Translations under genes and position numbers: made by a program | Source of the DNA: Chiloscyllium plagiosum | Taxonomy: Eukaryota | Assembly: GCF_004010195.1 (NCBI RefSeq) | Contig: NC_057718.1 | Span: 95,685,158 to 95,749,157 of the forward strand | Reading direction: 5' to 3' | DNA length: 64,000 bases | The notes under the pieces: generated by a model | Database searches by the model: none | Told to the model about the DNA's origin: nothing | Seen by the model: only the letters and a program-made list of their open reading frames with translations | Part shown: positions 1 through 12,394 of the stretch, piece after piece | Layout: every line of letters starts with the position of its first letter | Numbering within the stretch: position 1 is the first letter of the stretch

Positions 1-285
1 GTCAAGGTTAACACGAGGGGGACATAGCTTTAAATTGAGGGGTGATAGATTTAGGGAAGATATCAGGGATAGTTTCTTTACTCAGAGAGTGGCAGGGGCG
101 TGGAACAGCCTGCCTGCAACAGTAGTAGACTCGCCAACGTTAAGGGCATTTAAATGGGCATTGGACATATATATGGATAATAATGGAACGGTGTAGGTTA
201 GATGGGCATCAGATTATTTTCACAGATTGGTGCAACATCGAAGGCCGAAGGGCCTATACCGCGCTGTAACAGTCTATGTTCTATG
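1..285 (+). mobile_element. CR1/HER1-type LINE 3' end
   Basis: TRGHSFKL.../FFTQRV..AWN.LP-like ORF2 C-terminus, 3' stem-loop 'ggccgaagggcct' and ctatg tail; same subfamily as 16000-16197. Confidence 0.85.
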
Positions 286-654
286 CCAGTAGGTGGAGAA
301 AATGTATGCATTAGTCTGTTGATTTATTAATGTGGAGTTGTACAACTTTTACTCAGTGCTGAGTGAGGGATTGTCTTTGCTAGAGTTGAATTGACACAAA
401 TGAAAGAAACTTTTTTTTAACATGCTTGCTGGACAAACTGTTTTTGACTTTCTGGCAAGTGCAATTTAACAGATTGACAATACAGAAGAGTTCAAACTGA
501 GAAACTGGTTTGTTGATTCCATCCAATGAGTATGACTTGGATCTTGTCAGTACTCCACAGCAGAGATCCATCTCTAATCCTTTCAGTTGGATAATACTGC
601 ATTGGCAGATCTTTGAATCTGTGAAAAACCATAAAGGAAAGTCACTAAGATAAA

Positions 655-960
655 TAAAGTATTAGTAGAAAAGGAGACGTGCTATTGCAGCTTTTTGTCT
701 AGTATTCCTCAGGACAGAATTGCAAGAATATCAAATCTCAAACTGCAGCCATTTATTGTGCTTCAGAAAAAGGTGCCAATTATTTGGTAAGTAGGCACTC
801 ATCATGCAAAGCATTGCAATGAAGAATGCCCCAAGTGGCAGTTAGGCCTCAAACCTTTGCTTAAATTCAAACCAAGGCAGTCAATTCTGATTGGCCAAAT
901 CATTGTCTTGGACAGCGTAACAGTAGATGTTTGTCCCCCAGTCTTTTATCTATTTAAATA
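655..960 (-). mobile_element. Penelope-like element terminal (pLTR) fragment, family C, degenerate
   Basis: Reverse complement 'attcttgcaattctgtcctgaggaatactagacaaaaagctgc' aligns by eye with 4096-4140 and the copies near 52600 and 63300. Confidence 0.6.
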
Positions 961-1514
961 GACTTAATGTTCTTACCATTTGCATGTTTAGTGCATCCTA
1001 GCTGCCCACCATTAAACTGGAAGAGGCATTTTTTTAGATCAAACTCATGTATTCCCAGATATCCAATTGCAAACTATCCAATGAAAATGGTGAGTTGTTG
1101 AAAGCATGCTGAGCTGATCCAGTGTATGCCTCACTGAGGTGTTGTGCTGGAAGTCGAGCCCTGCTATTCCTGGGTCGTTAGAAATGTTAAATAAATTACC
1201 TTCTTTTCAGACCCATGATGATAGAGAATATAGACCAGGTTTCAGTATTTATCAAATAATTAAACCCTAGCTACAGGTAAACAGTTATCCTAGTGGTGGT
1301 AGGCCCGGAGCCTGGATTCTTGGTGATGTCAGAAGGCAGCAGAGCCAGGGTCTCCTGGGGCACTGGCATTGTCATTGCTGTTCCCGGAGGATTAGAATAC
1401 CTTGCAAAGATCTTGCAGAAACTCTGTTGTCGTGCTTGAAACCCAGCTTGAGCAGAAGATAAACTCTTATTTCAGTCATTTTCTTTTGTTCTTTTTGTAG
1501 CTCCAAATGGTTTG

Positions 1515-1575
1515 TAGCAACAAAACACTTTCCACTGTATCTTCAAGATACATGTGACAATAAAAACATTCATAA
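1515..1575 (+). mobile_element. Rex1/Babar-type LINE 3' tail fragment
   Basis: 'ttccactgtatc...catgtgacaataaa' matches the 3' ends at about 31080-31130 and 47090-47142. Confidence 0.5.
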
Positions 1576-1806
1576 ATTAATTATGAACCAATGGCATATA
1601 ACCCTACAAATTGAAAGTCTAAATTCCTTATAAACTACGCCTTACACATACCACGGGGTGACAAACACACAGGGAAAAGTAGGTTATGACCAAATGAAAG
1701 CTGGATGACAGTTCAGTGGTTCCTATTCACAGGTTGCTGAGATAATCCTGGTCAGTACGTTGCTTTTCAGTTGTCTTTCTCTGGATGCTTCCACTAGTTT
1801 GCAAGA

Positions 1807-1989
1807 TGTGGAGGTGCCGATATTGGACTGGGGTGGACAAAGTCAGAATTCACATGACACTGGTTAAAGTCTGACAGGTTTATTTGAAACTGCAAGCTTT
1901 TCGAACCCTGCTCCTCAGCCTAACCTGTCTGAGGAAGGAGCTGGACTCTGAAAGCTTGTGGTTCCAAATAAACCTTTTGGACTATAACG
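1807..1989. mobile_element. Penelope-derived fold-back mini-element, family B, with hammerhead motif
   Basis: Imperfect inverted repeat; perfect 12-bp TSD tagtttgcaaga (1795-1806 / 1990-2001); + arm CTGAGGA-A-GGAG-ctgga-CTCT-GAAAG-CTT at 1929-1957. Confidence 0.85.
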
Positions 1990-2299
1990 TAGTTTGCAAG
2001 AGATACAAGGTGAATGATTCACTTCTAAAAGGTCTCTGAGTTACCAGTGAATAGTCACAGATTACAACAATTGCTGAAGGAGAGATGTACCTGATTTTCT
2101 TCAGGTTTAAAATGGGTTTGCAAAGAGGCAGCTTTTGCGCTGGTGGTGATCAAAACTCTCTTCGGGAAGTTGTTCCCAGCTCCTTGTTGTTCAGTTACCT
2201 GACTGCCAATCAGATGGCTGTTGGCAGGCGAAATTCTCTTGTCATCAATAACTGGCCACTACTCCTTGGCCCAATCAACTTCTTGTTGCCACCCAGCTG

Positions 2300-4195
2300 C
2301 ATTTGTACACACAACCCCTTGGCTTGGGTTCATCTGCAACCACTTCAATTACTGTTGGTTCAGACTGCAGTTTACACCACGCTTGCCATAAGTATTAGTT
2401 TACTTGCTTTTCAAAACATGTGGCAGTCCTTCAAAACACTGGTTTTAAAACAGTTCTTTCTCATTTCAGTCCACAATTATAAAAAAAAGACACAAAAATA
2501 AAAAGACGTGGCCCTTTTAAAGCAGATATTGCCGGATACTCAATCACTCGTCTGATTTTCACATGCAGCGCAAAGTCTGGTGAAGCCTGAAGGCCAACCC
2601 ATGCATACAGATGTGCAAGTCTGACTGAGGGCCCAGAATGGTCAACATCAACAAGTGTGACAACATTGACAAAATGCAGACTGCTCTGAATGATGGGTCT
2701 AAATTCATATCCAGCAGACCTGGCATGAAGCATAACCTGCACAGTCATGTTGAAAGCGTGTAGTAAAATTTTGTAAGAGTGATGAATTTCTGATGGCGTT
2801 TCATGGCTGTTGTTTCACTGCATCCACGTACGTATGGGTTGCCCAAAACACACATTAATGACGTCTTTATACCCTGTCTTGTCTATGACTGGTTTAGCAC
2901 ATTGGCTGAATGGTTGTATGAGTTTCTACAATCCGTTCTGGGCTGGTTTTTCATAAACAAGGTCAAGGATTCCTTCACCTTTGTGAAGACTATACAAGGC
3001 CTGCATATCGATAGCAATGCCATGACCGTGTGCTTGTTCAATGTTACAAGCCTGCGTTTAACATTGCTCCAGAAAGCCGTAGACATTTGTATTATGTCAC
3101 CATGTCTTGGCACTTTGAAAGCATCACAATTATCTAAGTCTGTAATCATTGAATTATGAACTTAGTAACTCGTACAGTTGAGTTCAGTTTTATAACATCA
3201 CGCCTGCCCAAATAAATGGTGTTCCCTTGGGATTCCCTCTATGCCCAGCCCTCACTAACAGTTCCATCAGTTCCCCTAAGAAACACTTGTTATTGGACTG
3301 AGCCCTCAGAGCCTACCCTTTACATATTCCCAATACATAAATGATACATTTGAATCTACAGCTGCATGTAAAAAGTTGTAAGTAGGGCTTGAGCCATTTG
3401 GTCAATACATAGGCTTAATACTGAAATGGAGTGTATTCTCTGGGATATTAGCTACCATAAACTGATCATTGATGATTGTGCAAATTCATGAATGAGAAGG
3501 CTAACATAATTGATTCAGGAAAGTGCCAGGTTATCTCAGAGTACCTTGGATGAGTAGGATACCTTAGAAAAATTGAACATCAGCCGAAGCTCACTTATGC
3601 TACAATACAGCAGCAACATAAGTGGTATTGTCCACTAACAGAATGCTGCCATCAAGCCAAAAAGACATTCTGCGACTACACAATGAAATAAATGAATTTC
3701 AACGCCAGGTAACTAGGCTGTATTATACCAACCAGCATGTCCCAGTTGACAATAGGCAGAGTATTGACCGTGCTCAACAAGGCTGTTCTTGCAAAACTCA
3801 GACGGTTGGCATAACATTAAATATGATTCTGCAATAGGACAATACTAACTTAAGATTGTCATTTGTGCACCATTTACACTTGCAGGAGGCTTTATATGTT
3901 CATTTTCAGGGCTCTGTCCTGGTGAAAACAAAAGTAATATGTCCACATATTGCACCTTTTTCAACAAAGCAAAACATAGGAAAAGAAGCACTCCCTGGTA
4001 CATTCACCATGAAAAAGCCTTAACCAATCAGACTCTACTTGTCAACCAATCCTTCTATCATGCAGTATAAATCGTTGTTCCCTTTGAAACCTGGTATTCT
4101 TGCAATTCTGTCCTGATGAGAGCAAAATGAAAACCTTCAACAGCAACACTTTTTCTCAACAATAGTATTGATCTGCGTGACTACCAAATGACTAC
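2300..4195 (+). mobile_element. Degenerate Penelope-like retroelement (RT and GIY-YIG remnants, 3' pLTR), family C
   Basis: ORF 2803-3159 PRTYGLPKTH...LAEWL...VKDSFTF...CLFNVTSL resembles PLE RT; QINGVPLGFPLCPALTN near 3205-3260 (cf. QIDGVAMGSPLGP); YINDTF near 3330-3350; STNRMLPSSQKD..EFQ linker/endonuclease start 3622-3720; hammerhead-like motif 4113-4138; 5' limit approximate. Confidence 0.85.
4109..4142 (+). ncRNA. Degenerate minimal hammerhead ribozyme motif (family C)
   Basis: tgtc-CTGATGA-gagcaaaat-GAAAA-cc-TTC-aaca; core boxes present, stems partly mutated relative to the 52596-52631 copy. Confidence 0.55.
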
Positions 4196-4832
4196 CTTAA
4201 GAAAGTTGTTGAATATAAAGGTGGTTACCTCAATGTTGTTTCACTGCATTGCTTAAAAAATAATAAATCATTTAACTAAAGAACTGTCCTATAAAAGGTT
4301 TCACAAAGCAGCTTGGATACTTAAAATTCCATAGCAGTGGAAGGAAAATGGATAAGCTCTGCTGACATTGCGAATGTTTCCAGGGAAATGTGTCCTATCT
4401 GTTATATGTGTGCATTTTACAGTTCTGTCAGGGAGTGTTACTTTATTGGTGGAGGCATTCCCACAAGGAAACAGGGGAATTGGTGCATCAGATATGCTTT
4501 CACCTTCTCCTATCAGCAGTTATCTGCACATGAAAAGTTGCCTTAAAACCGACTTGGTAGAATTATGAACAAGTGAGATTTGCTGCACTTGATTTGTAAG
4601 GTGAGAGTTATCCGGTGATGCTAAAGAGGGGACAGAACTGTACTTTCACATTTCTTAAAGTCTGGTCAATCAGCCAACTTGGTAGTTGGATCTGCCTCAT
4701 GAAAATTGTCCTGTACTGTGTTTCCATCAAGGTCACCATCCTCAGGAATGGGAATGGGACACTCTCACCCAGAAGTGATTTATAGAGCTTATTTTCTTCC
4801 CTGACTAAGTCATGGGGAAACGCACAGTGAAG

Positions 4833-5045
4833 TGTGATTGATTTATTATTGTCACATGTATCGAGATGCAGTAAAAAGTACTGTTTTGTGTGCTAACCAG
4901 ACAAACCATACCTTACATAAGTACATCAGAGTAATTGAACAGAATGCAGAATACAGTGTTACAGCTACAGAGAAGGTGCAAAGAAAGATCAACTCTAATG
5001 TATGAGATATCTGTTCATAAATCTAATAACAATGGGGAAAAAAAA
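4833..5045 (-). mobile_element. Rex1/Babar-type LINE 3' end
   Basis: 'tgattgatttattattgtcacatgta...cagtaaaaagta' is the reverse of the Rex1-type tail seen at 5260-5330. Confidence 0.65.
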
Positions 5046-5259
5046 TCGCTTCCTCCATATCATGTGTTGAAGGGTTCTCTGATGGTTGTTAAATTTCTCC
5101 TGTTAAAGGGGATGTCTGGGTGATTTGGGGATCTTTTATGAAGGCGATTGAAGATCTGGTCAAAGCAAAAGTTTTACAGATGGAGTTTGAATGCAGTGGA
5201 AATTGAGGAGATTTGGTGTGAGTTTTAAGAGCCAAAAGGAAGCGAAAGATCGGTCTCCA

Positions 5260-7700
5260 GTTGAATTGAATTGAATTGAATTGAATTGAATTTATTGTCA
5301 CGTGTCCCGAGGCACAGTGAAATGCTTTGTCTTACAAGCAATACAGGCAGATCATGGAGTTAAGTAGCATAGATAAGTAAATAACAGGTAAACAGCGGCA
5401 AAACCAAAAACACAGGTACAGGCAAATATTAAGAGTTGTGAGTCCATTCAGTATTCTAACAACACTAGGGTAGAAACTGTTACGAAACCGGCTGGTGCGT
5501 GTGTTCAGGCTTCTGTACCTTCTCCATGATGGTAGAGGTTGTAGAAAAACATTGCCAGGGTGGGATGGATCTTTGAGAATGCTGGCGGCCTTTCTTTGAC
5601 AACGGGCCTGGTAGATGGATTCTGTCGATGGGAAGTTGAGATTGTCCGGGCTGCGTTCACCACTCTCTGTAACCATCTCCAATCTTGAACGGGACAGTTG
5701 CCGTACCAGGTAATGATACATCCAGACAGAATGCTCTCGATGGCACATCTATAAAAGTTGGCAAGGGTATTCGCCGTCATGCCAAATTTCCTCAGCTGCT
5801 TGAGGACGAAGAGAATTGTTGGGCCTTTGTAACCAGTCTGTCTACATGAAGAGTCCAAGAAAGCTTTTTGTGGATGAGCTTGACACTCTCCACTTGTTCC
5901 ACCTCTGTTGCTGTTAATGTGTGTGTGTGTGTGTGTGTTGGGGGGGGGGGGGGGGGGGGGGGCATGGGTAACATCCCGCCAAAAGTCAATAATGGTTTCC
6001 TTGGTTTTGCCGGTATTGAGAGCTAGTTTGTTCTCAATACACCATTTTTCCAGATCTTCCACCTCCCGTCTGTAGTCTGTTTCATCACCATCTGAGATTC
6101 GACCGACTATGGTGGTGTCATCAGCGAACTTGTAAATGGCATTAGTCTGGTATTTGGCAACACAGTCACGGGTATACAGTGAGTACAGTAGGGGGCTGAG
6201 TACGCACCCCTAGGGGGCTCTGGTGTTGAGTGTTAGTGAAGATGTAACATTGTCCCCAATCTTCACTGATTGTGGCCTGTGCGTCAGGAAACTGAGGATC
6301 CAGTTGCAGAGAGTGGGGCTTAGTCCGAGATCACTAAGTTTAGTAATCAGTCTCAAGGAGATAATAGTGTAGAAGGCTGAACTTAGACAATGAGTAGGAT
6401 TCTTATGTAGCTGTTCTTGGTGTCAAGATGTTCTAGGGAGGAGTGAAGGCAAGTGATATGGCATCTGATGTGGATCTGTTGCTCCGATAGGCAAATTGGA
6501 GTGGGTCAAGAGTAGTGGGGAGGTTGGAGTTGATTAATACCATGACCAGCCTTTCAAAGCACTTCATGACCACCGAAGTTAGGGCCACTGGGCGGTAGTC
6601 ATTGAGACATGCTGCATGAGTCTTCTTAGGCACAGGGATGATGTTGGCCTTCTTGAAACAGGTAGGGACAGTGGCCTGCTGTAGGGAGAGGTTGGAGATG
6701 TCCGAGAAGACCTCTGCCAGTTGATCTGTGCATGCTCTGAGTGCACGGCGTGGTACTCCATCTGGTTCCATCACTTGGATTCACACGAAGGAAAACGGAT
6801 CTGACCTCTGATGCAGTGACTATTGGGACTTGTCAGAATAAGTGTTACCTCTCCACCAACATTCTGCTCAAAGTGAGCACAGAAGGCGTTGAGATGATCT
6901 GGGAGGGATGTGTCATCATCTGCTATCTTGCACTGTCTCTTTTTAGAATCTGTGATGTCATTCAGTCCTTGCCATAGTCACCAGGTGTCTATCTGGCTCT
7001 CTAGTTTGGATCGGTATTGGTCCTTGGCTGTCTTAATGGCTCTTGAAGGTCGTACTTGGATATTTGAGTGGGTCTCACACCTGGTTTTTAGCAGGTTCTG
7101 TATGTCCTGATTCATCCAGAGTTTCCTGTTGGGGAACACCCAGATTGAATTCCTCAGTATACAGCCCTCCACACACTTGCTGATAAAGTCTGTGACGGTG
7201 GTGGTGTACTTGTCCAAGGTACCTGCGGCCTGTTTGAACATGGCCCGATTAGCCAATTCCAGACAGCACCGGAGTTGATCCTCTGTCTCCTCCGACCAGC
7301 ACTGCACCTGTATCCACAAGGGAGTCTCTTGCTTGAGCTTTGGCCTGTAAGCCGGGAGAAGAAACATGGTATTGTGGTCGGAGTTCCCAAAATGAGGATG
7401 GAGAATGGAGCGGTAGGCATCCTTCACAGTGGTGTGGCAGTGGTTGAAAATGTTCGGACCCGTGTTGAGACAGGTAATGTTCTGGTGGTACTTGGACAAC
7501 ACCTTCCTTAGTTTGGCTTGATTGAAGTCACCAGTCACAATAAACAGGGCCTCGGGATGTTCCATCTCCAGGGTGTTGGTGGTGGAGTACAGCACATCCA
7601 GAGCTTCCTCAACCTTTGCTTGTGGTGGTTTGTACACAGCAGTTAGTATAGCAGCGGTAAATTCCTGTGGTAGGTAGAAGGGGCAGCATTTGATGGTGAG
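5260..7700 (-). mobile_element. Rex1/Babar-type LINE, 5'-truncated and frameshifted (APE end plus RT)
   Basis: ORF pieces VTGDFNQAKL (APE), [47 protein letters not shown] (about 6100-6135), LNTGKTKE, FYRCAIESIL, RTSRFRNSFYP; (ttcaa)n tail at 5260-5292. Confidence 0.92.
5918..5962. repeat. (TG)n microsatellite joined to a G homopolymer, inside the Rex1 element
   Basis: Direct reading: about 10 TG units followed by about 23 G. Confidence 0.95.
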
Positions 7701-7882
7701 GAATGGAATAGATGGGGCCTTGACAATTAGTCATTCAAAGCCAGACGAGAAAAGACGATATGGGCTGTGAGACGAGCCAAATAGTTTCATGGTTACAGTG
7801 CCGTTTGACCAATCCAGAGTTCGTGAGCTCAATAATATGTTGTGAAATTGAATTTAATAAATCTGACAATGTGTGGCTAGCA

Positions 7883-8328
7883 GGAAGTGAGGACTGCAGA
7901 TGCTGGAGAGCAGAGTCGAGAATGTGGTGCTGGAAAAGCGCAGCAGGTCAGGCAGCATCCGAGGAGCAGGAGAATCGATGTTTTGGGCATAAGCCCTTCA
8001 CCTGAATAAGGCTTGTGGGTCGGGGCTGAGAGTTAAATTGGGGGGGGTGGGGGGTGGTGGTGCGGTTGGGGGGATGTAACTGGAAAGCAATAGGTGGATG
8101 TAGGTGAGGGACAAGGTGATAGGAGGATGGTGCCGAGTTGGAGGCTTGGGACTGGGATAATGTGGATTTTAAGAGCTTCCTCATTTCCCCTTCCCCCACA
8201 TTATCCCAGTCCCAAGCCTCCAACTCGGATCCGAACCCGTCCATCACTGCCCCCTCCTACTTATCGATTCTCTGCTCCTCGGATGCTGCCTGACCTGCTG
8301 TGCTTTTCCAGCACCACACCCTCGAATC
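7883..8328. mobile_element. Penelope-derived fold-back element, family A
   Basis: Outer inverted arms plus a perfect 33-bp inner inverted repeat (8133-8165 / 8196-8228); 11-bp TSD tgtggctagca (7872-7882 / 8329-8339). Confidence 0.88.
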
Positions 8329-9169
8329 TGTGGCTAGCACCCATCAATGACATTAAGAGCTGCACTATTGCTGTAAACCCACAACTGGAATGTGTCGTCC
8401 CTGTGTGGGGCTGGCCTATGTGACTGCTGCCCCAGGCCAAGTGAATAGTTTTCAGTGGCCTTAGAGCAATTAATACAGTCTTTGCACTGTCGTCCCCGTC
8501 CCAACAACAGATTCAATATAGTAAAACTCAATTTATCCCTAAGAACGTATAGATTTAGTTGATTGTGAGTGTTACTGTATAAACTCTGTCACTGTCTTCT
8601 GCCCCAGGAAGTGACAGCACCTTCCCTGTGGCTAATAATTTTTGCAAGTTTTCCAAATGACATCTGAGTTTATTTATTTTTCTCTACATTTTGTGGAACT
8701 GTTAAAAACTTAACCACCGAATTGAGTTTTTAAAAAAATGCATAATGTGTTGATCAGCTGGTTGTTACACCAGAATTCCTCAGAATGAAGCTGTACAAAG
8801 TTATGCACTCCACACCTTGACTCACTAAGTCCCATTTCTGCACCAGTGTCATTTGCGCTAGATCTCCACTTTCTGTTAAATCCCAGGCCAACAATGCTGC
8901 AGAGAGCAAATGAAAAAGACTTAAAGAGGAACAAACAGCGGGTGATCAGGAGGCTCAATGTGACAGCTTGAAATTGAATTATGAGTTAGGCGGGTAACAG
9001 TGAGAGAGGGGGGAGCAGCACAATCCAACAGCCAGAGGATTAAAACCACATTTTCACTTTTGTGGTTTATGATGGGCTGAATGGCCTCCTTCTGTACAGT
9101 AACCATCCTCTGATTCCAATAACATCCAGGTTTTAAAGAACAAAGAGATCGAAAACCAAAACAACTTCA

Positions 9170-9555
9170 TGGAATAATAGCGTGGTGCAGAACAGCAGGG
9201 GCCATTTGGCCCATCACACCTGTGCCTGTAGCTCTGTAAGAAGTAGGAGAAAGTGAGGACTGCAGATGCTGGAGATCAGAGCTGAAAATGTGTTGCTGGA
9301 AAAGCGCAGCAGGTCAGGCAGCATCCAGGGAACAGGAGAATCGACGTTTCGGGCATAAGCCTGACCTGCTGCGCTTTTCCAGCAACACGTTTTCAGTTCT
9401 GTAAGAAGTAGCCAATTTGTTGGACTCTCTTGCTCTTTCCCATAGCTCTACACATTATTCCCCTTCACTTTTTAAACAATTATCACTTTTGAAAGTTACT
9501 ATTGATTCTACTTCCAATGCTCTTTCAGGCAGTGCAGTGTGGATCATCGCAACAT
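9170..9555 (-). mobile_element. Old CR1-type LINE 3' end, interrupted by a PLE mini-element
   Basis: 'ggccatttggcccatc' 3' stem-loop and 'ttgattctacttcca...tttcaggcagtgc' continue across the 9247-9401 insertion. Confidence 0.55.
9247..9401. mobile_element. Penelope-derived fold-back mini-element, family A
   Basis: Inverted arms with collapsed centre; TSD taagaagtag (9237-9246 / 9402-9411), extendable to 14 bp with tctg. Confidence 0.9.
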
Positions 9556-10237
9556 GAATATGAAGGTCCATGATAACCAGTGGACATAATGGATCAGTTC
9601 TCATAATGCACAAGCTTCCCTTCAGTGAGGGCAGACATCGATCATGCAATTCAAGATCACATCAGTGTGCAAGCACTGTGTAAGGAACGGAGTATTTGAT
9701 GATCTCAATACCTCGACACAACTGAGTCAAAAAAAATCATAAGATTCAATGATGAGTGAAATCGTACATGATTTTAACCTGGGGAAGTGGGAAGTGGAGC
9801 TTATCAATGCCAATGAAATAGTTAAGGAACTGTAGAAGGGCACAGACAAAACTGGGACATGAATAGAATAATGGCAGATGGAATGCGGTGTGTCAGCTGA
9901 AAGGTGCTGCACACTGATACAGTGTTGACCCCACACATACTTCACTGTCTGACCTGTCCACATTAGTGTCTCTCATCCAGATAAGGAATTCCTGTGTGCC
10001 CACCCTGTTCCCATATCCCTCCATTCTGTAGCTTTGACAGCTGGTTTTGCACAGTTGGAACTACATGATGCATTGGTACGAAAAGCCAATCAAGAGAAAA
10101 TTACATCTCAACCCTAAGTTCTGCACTCTTTAGTTTGTCAGAGTTCAGTCTTCATAACTTGCATGACACAGGCAGACTGTGAGAGCTGAACTGCTTGTCT
10201 CGAATCCGTGGTTGCCATGCTGCTTGTCAACCAGGTC

Positions 10238-10256
10238 CTCACCAGCAGGTGGCAGT
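10238..10256 (+). promoter_or_regulatory. Candidate CTCF-binding site
   Basis: ctcaCCAGCAGGTGGCAGt matches the vertebrate CTCF core CCASYAGRKGGCRS at all positions; motif only. Confidence 0.45.
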
Positions 10257-11294
10257 GACAGGAGATAGCGCTGTGTAAAGGGAATGTCTCTCTCCTGTGA
10301 GTCCTTTCGTGGGAGGGAGGGTGTCCTTGGCAGGTTTGGGGTAGCCTTACCAGACGGCATGAACAGCGGGCCAAAATGTGGGCAGAGGGAACAGCAGATG
10401 GAGGACGCAGTCTGTTGCTGCCTGGGAAACAGGTAAGGGGCAATTGGAGTGGAACTCCAGTGGACCATGATCAGGGAGGACAGTTCGGACAGGATGAATT
10501 CCCCCTCACCCCCAGGTTTGAGGTGGCCCAGGATAATGGCAGGACTGTTTGAGGGCTGACCAATCTGGTCCACATGTCTGAGGAGAACTACCAACAGGAG
10601 TACCACAAATGCCGAGCTTCTCCACTTTGTTTCCCTACTGCACTTCAAGTCTAATTTTAAGCCCAAACCCATTTTGAATGAGTAATGATGGGAGATTACA
10701 GAGAAAGGTTTGGGATGACTCCCCTTCAGTTCTGCTGAACATAAGGCATTCCTGCACCTATTATTTTACAAACAATTCTATCAATTTGAGACAAGGAGTT
10801 AAGCTCTCAGAGTCTTATTGTGTCATGCAATACTCATCAAAGTTTATTTTTAGGATAATCTTTTCTTGTGAATGTACTTAAATGATTGGAATTGGCTGAA
10901 CAGAGTATCACTGAGCTGTACGCATAGTGTCTTCCAACCACTTTTCCCTGTGTTACACTTCATTAGAGATTTTATCTGAGTGTCATGCACGGGTGTTGCA
11001 GTATTAGAGACACTCACAATCAGAAGGGCGTTTCTAGCTCAGGTAACTGAACTTTGTGCAGTAATGATTTATTTTATCCTTCTGTTAGCTGTTATCTTTA
11101 TTTCAGCATTACTTAGGTCTGTAGCTCCAGACACAATCATTGTATTTCCGTAACATCACCCCTGCCGTTGCAAATGGTGTTGACTATATTTGTTCCAATG
11201 AATATGTCCACTCGCTGTTTTAATGCAGGAAGATGAACCCCTCAACAAGACGAAGTGGCAGGCGGCTGATGTCGACTTGTGGGCACCCAGAAAT

Positions 11295-11530
11295 AAAGTG
11301 GTATAATGCAGACCACCATCACCCGCAAGTTCCCTCCAAGCCACACACTATCCTGACTTGGAAATATCTCGCTGCCCCTTGAATGTCACTGGGTCAAATT
11401 CCTGAAACTCCCTCCTAGCCCACAGATTGTGGTGATTCAAGAAGACAGCTCATGACCACCACCTTCTCAAGGACAATTAGGAATAGGCAATAAATGCTGG
11501 CCTAGACAATTATGCCTTCATCCACTGAAA
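11295..11530 (+). mobile_element. CR1-clade LINE (second tail type) 3' end
   Basis: 'ttcaagaagacagctca..caccttctcaaggacaattaggaataggcaataaatgctggcctag' tail, shared with the SINE at 19553-19895. Confidence 0.75.
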
Positions 11531-11909
11531 CTTTTTTATTCATTGATGGGGTGATGATTTTGCAGATATGGAATGATTAACAAAAAAAGGGTACGATTTG
11601 GACAAGGACAACTTCGACAAATGTGATTGTGTCGTATACTGGAACATGATATACACACAACATCCAGCTGTTGGCAGACAGCTATGCCTGTGTCTGAAGT
11701 TGCCACTGACCGAATGAGATCACCTTGGCTTTATTTATCAGGTAACTTGCACCTTATCCAACAGTTTCTCATTTGTTGCTTTCCAAATTGATAGGAGGAG
11801 AGGGTTGGGTACTTCCATCCAGCTTCAAGGAGTGCAGCACACGTTGACTCCATTGACTAAGGTGTCCATGTTTCCATTGGGATACATCCAATGATCCTGC
11901 AGCAAATGG

Positions 11910-12130
11910 AATCATAGAACTATAGAATCCCTAGTATGGAGCAGGCAATTCAGCCCATTGAGTCCACACCAAGCCTCCGAAGAGCATCCCACCCAGACCC
12001 TACCCCCCACCCTAATCCTGTAACCCCGCGTTTCGTGGTGAAATCACCTAACCTACATATCCCTGACACAGTGGGTAATTTAGCATGACCAATCTGCCTA
12101 ACCTGCACATCTTTGGACTGTGAGAAGAAA
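11910..12130 (-). mobile_element. HE1-type SINE, 3' part
   Basis: Reverse of 'cacagtccaaagatgtgcaggttagg...gctaaattacc' central domain and CR1-like tail. Confidence 0.85.
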
Positions 12131-12394
12131 CATATGCGAAGAAAAATTAGTTTGGTCTTTGACCACTGTAACCAATGCAGAACATTCTTGGCAGTTAAAC
12201 TAGTTTCTTCGGCAAATAGTCAACTATATTAAAACATTTCGAAGGAGCAGGATCAATGGCTGTTGACAGCCAGAAATACCCCCAGTATTGCATTATTGAC
12301 ATCAGCTTGAAACGTCATGGGCTTCTGAAAGAGAGAAAAGACCTGTATCCATCTCATATATTCTTGGCTTTCTGCAGCTGCTGGCTCATTCTTT

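Noticed and set aside
1211..1276. Apparent exon between ttcttttcag and gtaaac
   Set aside because: Stop codons in all three frames; no homology recognised.
10145..10672. 175-aa minus-strand ORF as a host gene
   Set aside because: No recognisable motif or supported splice structure.
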